This document shows positions 59,908-64,000 of a stretch of 64,000 nt of DNA, one piece after another. Both the position numbers and the translations under genes were made by a program. Source of the DNA: Bacteroidales bacterium. GTDB lineage: Bacteria > Bacteroidota > Bacteroidia > Bacteroidales > UBA10428. The stretch lies in assembly GCA_016926205.1 (NCBI GenBank), contig JAFGPB010000099.1, forward strand, positions 9,414-73,413. Direction: 5' to 3'. The first letter of the stretch is position 1, and each line of letters opens with the position of its first letter. A model generated the notes under the pieces. It was not told where the DNA came from. It did no database searches and was given only the letters and a program-made list of their open reading frames with translations.

Positions 59908-61545
59908 ATGATCCTGCGGGAAACATACCAACGCATCTTTCCCGTCCTTTTTTCGCTGTTCCTGCTGGTTGGCACACAAGTCCGGGCCCAGCAAAAAAGC
60001 ATTCTCGAACGGGAGGTAAACCTGTCACAAACGACAGGCGAGATCGACGTTTTGCTGAAAGAGATCAGTCGGAAGGCGAATTTCTCCTTCACGTATACTT
60101 CACAGATACAGGTTCACAGAATTGCGTCCGTATCGCAAAAGAGGCAAAGTGTCGGTAAGCATCTGGGTGAGATTTTTCGCTTTGACAGCATTCAGTTTGT
60201 TGAACAATACAATAAGGTCCTGCTAATTCCTTTAACAAGGAAGTCTGAGACGGTTGCCGATTACAGGTTGATAAAAGGCCTTGTAATTGATGCCAGGAAC
60301 CGCAAACCCCTGTCCTTCGCAAATATCTTTCTCCTGAATAAAAGCATCGGAACCATATCCAATGCTTCAGGCAGGTTTGAACTTAAGCTTAAAACTTATG
60401 AAGATGATGATACCATCGGAATTTCTTTCATCGGATATAAAATGTACAAAGCTCCATTGGCAACTGTGGATACTGCAACACTTATCGTCAGATTATCCTC
60501 TGAAATGGTTCATATTGATGAAGTTATTGTCAAACCCATGGATCCGATATACATTCTTACCAAGGCCATAGAGCAGATACGTGTAAACTATGATCACCAG
60601 CAAAACGTATTAACCGCTTTTTACAGGGAGACCACACGGCAGGACGGAAACAACATATCATCTTCCGAAGCGGTTATCAATATATTCAAAGAGGCATATA
60701 CTTCAACCAGGCTGGATCAGGTCAGGTTGTTCAAGGGGAGAAAATGGATCAATACCGCCGACAAGGCATATATTGATCTGATTGTGCAGGGTGGACTTTA
60801 CAACAGCTTCCAGCTTGACATTGTAAAAAATTTACCCACTTTTCTCGATGCAGATTATTTTGCCCTTTATGAGTATAATGTCGAAAGAATTATCCTTCAT
60901 TATGAAAGGCCGACCTATGTAATATCCTTTGACCAGCGGGAGGATGTGATATATCCCTGCTATAAAGGTCAGCTTTATATTGATGTTGAATCCCTTGCCA
61001 TTGTGGGTGCATCTTTTGAAATGAGTGAAAAGAACCTGAATTACAATACCCGGGACTATGTGAAGAAAAGTCCGAGGACCATCCGTGCCAATCCGACGGG
61101 TGTGTTTTATGAAGTATACTACAGATATTACGGCAACAAATGGAATCTGAGCAACGCCAGAAGTGAAATACAGATACGTATAAGGCAGAGAAGAGATCAG
61201 GACCAGGATAAGTTCAACAGCATTTTTGAATCTGTTTCGGAATTTGTCATTACGAGTAAAGACACAACTGATGTGAGCCGGTTCAGATTTAACGAAACTT
61301 CCAAACCCAGGGACATTCTCGTTGAACAGATCGGAGAGACAGATATCGAATTCTGGGGCAGCGAGAATATCATCATACCGGAGGAACCCATAGAAAGAAC
61401 CATATTGCGCCTGGGTCGAAGAAACAACTTATTTACAGAAGAAGAGATCAGGCTGATCAAGATCGAGGAAGAAAAAGAGGCAGATCGCTACAAGAAAGAT
61501 ACAGACGAAAATAATGAGGTTATTGACCTAATAATGAAGGAATGA
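59908..61545 (+). CDS. Exported protein with an STN-like signalling domain + CarboxypepD_reg domain + ~330-aa uncharacterised domain; no plug or beta-barrel
   Basis: Signal peptide FPVLFSLFLLVGTQVRAQ. STN-like segment at 60010-60234 (VNLSQTTGEIDVLLKEISRKANFSFTYTS...VLLIPL). CarboxypepD_reg at 60268-60531 (IKGLVIDARNRKPLSFANIFLLN...GRFELK...IDEVIV). The remainder is not TBDT-like and ends in a charged tail. Confidence 0.7.
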   Translation: MILRETYQRIFPVLFSLFLLVGTQVRAQQKSILEREVNLSQTTGEIDVLLKEISRKANFSFTYTSQIQVHRIASVSQKRQSVGKHLGEIFRFDSIQFVEQYNKVLLIPLTRKSETVADYRLIKGLVIDARNRKPLSFANIFLLNKSIGTISNASGRFELKLKTYEDDDTIGISFIGYKMYKAPLATVDTATLIVRLSSEMVHIDEVIVKPMDPIYILTKAIEQIRVNYDHQQNVLTAFYRETTRQDGNNISSSEAVINIFKEAYTSTRLDQVRLFKGRKWINTADKAYIDLIVQGGLYNSFQLDIVKNLPTFLDADYFALYEYNVERIILHYERPTYVISFDQREDVIYPCYKGQLYIDVESLAIVGASFEMSEKNLNYNTRDYVKKSPRTIRANPTGVFYEVYYRYYGNKWNLSNARSEIQIRIRQRRDQDQDKFNSIFESVSEFVITSKDTTDVSRFRFNETSKPRDILVEQIGETDIEFWGSENIIIPEEPIERTILRLGRRNNLFTEEEIRLIKIEEEKEADRYKKDTDENNEVIDLIMKE

Positions 61546-61566
61546 TTATTATAAAACATCACAGTC

Positions 61567-64000
61567 ATGATAAAGTTGACCAATAAGTATACATTTCTGT
61601 TGTTTGTGTTTACAGCATCCATTTTTGTTTTATCATTTTCTCCGGGCAAACAGGAAGATGGATTTATTAACGGGCTGAAGGCTATGCTGAAACGTTATAA
61701 TGATTTGTTCTGCTCGGAAAAGGCCTTTCTGTTTACAGACAGGTATCTCTATCGGCCGGGCGAAGTTATTTGGTTCCAGGGTTTTGTTTCATCCGGACCG
61801 TCTGGAGGGACCGGTTCTTACAGTGAGGATTTTTATATCAAATTATTGAACAACAATGGTGAAGAAACAGCATTTCGTCGTTATCCTCTGGTGAACAATA
61901 TGACCACCGGTAATTTGAGCCTGCCGAAGACATTGATACCGGGCAAATATCACCTGGTAGCATACACAAGCTGGATGAAAAACCAACCCACCGTAGAAGC
62001 ATTCCGCAAAGAAATCCTGATCACCAAATACTTCGACAGGAGACTGAAAGTGGAAGTCCTTTACGAAGAACTTTTCTATTATCCCGGAGACAGTCTGCAT
62101 GCCTATATCAGCATTTCCGATCATGAAGGGTCACCATTGACACGAACAGATTTTGACTATTCGGTCGCGACCTTCCGTAAAGATTTGATTAAGGGGACGG
62201 CTGAAACGGATGCACAGGGAAATGGAGCGATTTCCGTTATCCTTCCTGAAACAGATGAGATACTTTTGCTGAATATTCAATTGAAAAGAAGAAAGAACTT
62301 AGGGACTTATTCCGTTTATATACCCATGTCCTCTTCTGTTCCGGCAATATCTTTCTTTCCTGAGAGCCGGAAACTGATCAGAAATCTGGATACAAGAGTC
62401 GCTTTTAAGGCAAACGATCGTTTTGGATTTCCCATGATGATCGAAGGGGAAATTGTGGACCGGTCGGGCAACAAAATTGCAGATGTTCAATCGAATGCAT
62501 CTGGTTTGGGAATGTTCTCGTATATTCCTGACAGCGAGAGTACTTTTTTGAAAATTATCATTCCGGAAGGCGTGGACAGGCTGTATCCTTTGCCTGCCGC
62601 TCAGGAGCACGGCGTGATCATGAATCTGTCTGAGATGGATGATGATTCTGCAACATTCACCATCCAATCATCTGAAGCGGCTCCTGAGAATTGCTACCTG
62701 GTGGCTGTAATGAACAGTCAGATCGTATGGAGCAAAAGATTACATTTTAACGGAAGCTGCATTGTTGGCCTGCCAATTCATGATCTGGATGAAGGAATTC
62801 TGCAGCTTGATGTTTTTGACACAGAGGGCAATGTCATGGCGGAAAGGCTTCTCGGAATACATGATAAAAATACTGATCTTTCCATACATTCCAACCGGAG
62901 CGTTTACGGGAATCGTCAACGGGTTACATTATCACTGGAATATAACGGTCCGTCTGAATATGTCGACCTGGCTTTGTCGGTTTCACTCGATCAGATGGCA
63001 GAACACGCCAAGATGATGAGTTTCGGACAGGTATTGCAGGGTATACCATGTGATACAACCCGAATCATTTCACTCTCTGATAAACAAATATCTGATCTGG
63101 AAATCCTTACGTCAGATCACAGGATTGTTGACTGGAACAGGGTGCTCACTCTTACTGACAAATCAGAACAGTATTTCAATCAGGACGGGATTTCCGGGGT
63201 AGTTGTCGATAAAAAGGACAATCCTTCACAATTGGCGAAAGTCAGGATTACTTCGATTCCAAGTTACAGATCATTTGAAACACAAACTGATGATCAGGGT
63301 CAGTTCTGGGTTCGGTTTGGATCAGACATTATTGATTTCAACTATCTTAATGTTGAAGCTTACGATGCAACTGGCAAAGCAAGTATGAAAACAGTAATTG
63401 ATTATGAGTATTCGGAGAAACTAAAGGAAGATTTCAACAGGATGAAGAGAAACACTGACTATGAAAAAATCACAGATATCGTTGCCTATGGTGATCCTGA
63501 TCTCATTTATTCCCTCAGGTACGGATCCGGAAGATTCAGAAGGACCGCATCGATCATGCGCAAGAAATATGACCCATACCATTACAGGGATTATTCAGAT
63601 GTTATGGACGTAATAAGAGATATCAGGGATTATGACCTGGTAGGGAATAAGATCATTTTCAAGGATATTGATGAGAACTTCCTGGAGAACATTCATCAGA
63701 AATCAGCTCTGATCGTGATAAACGGGGTATTATGGGGCGATCAGGTTGATATAATGAGTTCGATAGCGCCTTCAGATATCACCAATCTGGTGATATCGAG
63801 TGCGCCAAGCGACATCCACCGGTACACGCCCGTTAATTTTGCAGCGGTGGTTGAGATAACAACCATCCAGGGGATGTACAGATACCAGAAACGACCGATT
63901 CAGTTTATCAGGGATCTGATCAATCCGGAACATGACTTTTATACACCGGACTACTCGTTTGAGAGTCTTGCATCGCCTGATAACCGCAAAACGCTTTACT
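61567..64000 (+). CDS. 5' part (811 codons) of a large exported MG2 (alpha-2-macroglobulin-like) / CarboxypepD_reg / Plug-like protein; runs off the window
   Basis: Not in the ORF track because no stop codon occurs. I read frame 1 codon by codon from ATG 61567 to 64000 and found no stop. Signal peptide present. MG2-type motif FLFTDRYLYRPGEVIWFQGFV (61726-61788), CarboxypepD_reg-like ISGVVVDKKDNP..VRI...TDDQGQFWVRF (63190-63318), and Plug-like ALIVINGVLWG...IAPSDITNLVI...AAVVEITTIQG (63706-63873). Confidence 0.8.
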   Translation, partial: MIKLTNKYTFLLFVFTASIFVLSFSPGKQEDGFINGLKAMLKRYNDLFCSEKAFLFTDRYLYRPGEVIWFQGFVSSGPSGGTGSYSEDFYIKLLNNNGEETAFRRYPLVNNMTTGNLSLPKTLIPGKYHLVAYTSWMKNQPTVEAFRKEILITKYFDRRLKVEVLYEELFYYPGDSLHAYISISDHEGSPLTRTDFDYSVATFRKDLIKGTAETDAQGNGAISVILPETDEILLLNIQLKRRKNLGTYSVYIPMSSSVPAISFFPESRKLIRNLDTRVAFKANDRFGFPMMIEGEIVDRSGNKIADVQSNASGLGMFSYIPDSESTFLKIIIPEGVDRLYPLPAAQEHGVIMNLSEMDDDSATFTIQSSEAAPENCYLVAVMNSQIVWSKRLHFNGSCIVGLPIHDLDEGILQLDVFDTEGNVMAERLLGIHDKNTDLSIHSNRSVYGNRQRVTLSLEYNGPSEYVDLALSVSLDQMAEHAKMMSFGQVLQGIPCDTTRIISLSDKQISDLEILTSDHRIVDWNRVLTLTDKSEQYFNQDGISGVVVDKKDNPSQLAKVRITSIPSYRSFETQTDDQGQFWVRFGSDIIDFNYLNVEAYDATGKASMKTVIDYEYSEKLKEDFNRMKRNTDYEKITDIVAYGDPDLIYSLRYGSGRFRRTASIMRKKYDPYHYRDYSDVMDVIRDIRDYDLVGNKIIFKDIDENFLENIHQKSALIVINGVLWGDQVDIMSSIAPSDITNLVISSAPSDIHRYTPVNFAAVVEITTIQGMYRYQKRPIQFIRDLINPEHDFYTPDYSFESLASPDNRKTLY

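Noticed and set aside
61843-62667. Two minus-strand ORFs (93 and 122 aa) and plus-strand off-frame ORFs listed in the track for the last 2.4 kb
   Set aside because: They are displaced by the uninterrupted 811-codon frame-1 ORF, which has recognisable domains.

Overview
This 64-kb chromosomal segment reads as Bacteroidota (Bacteroidia-like). The markers are a T9SS C-terminal sorting domain, the Bat aerotolerance operon, an ECF-sigma/FecR module, CarboxypepD_reg domains, TAnnTTTG -7 promoter boxes, lipoprotein signal peptides and many 1-4 nt start/stop overlaps. I can support 56 protein-coding genes. Two run off the window edges, and the one at 61567..>64000 is missing from the supplied ORF track because it has no stop codon inside the window. 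I also support one cobalamin riboswitch, several promoter and terminator candidates, and one 41-bp tandem duplication. I recognised no rRNA, tRNA, CRISPR array, transposase, integrase or phage genes. Gene order: GH84-like fragment; TPR-comA-aroE operon; DUF4154; truA; moxR-DUF58-batABCDE operon (5.5-14.3 kb); acylphosphatase, DUF2784, glutathione peroxidase; a regulator cluster (hybrid kinase, two REC-only proteins, Crp/Fnr, GAF/fRMsr); nucleoside-hydrolase/FmdE fusion; PstS-like, TPR, exbB-exbD-exbD-tonB; ligA; a B12-riboswitch locus (29.8-41.8 kb); GT2; GH15 plus otsAB fusion; DUF4956; GT2; M49-like peptidase; transaldolase; AddA-like helicase-nuclease; TIGR01212 radical SAM; EamA; DUF368; ECF sigma, FecR and two large exported proteins (58.2->64 kb). 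Most of the window is ordinary housekeeping. Two loci deserve follow-up. First, the B12 uptake locus is split by a T9SS-secreted serine protease and a ~1000-aa repeat protein that is translationally coupled to the btuF-like gene. Second, the ECF-sigma/FecR module is followed by a barrel-less STN-domain protein and an MG2/Plug-like protein instead of the usual TonB-dependent transducer. All domain calls were made by eye from motifs; no database search or computation was run.
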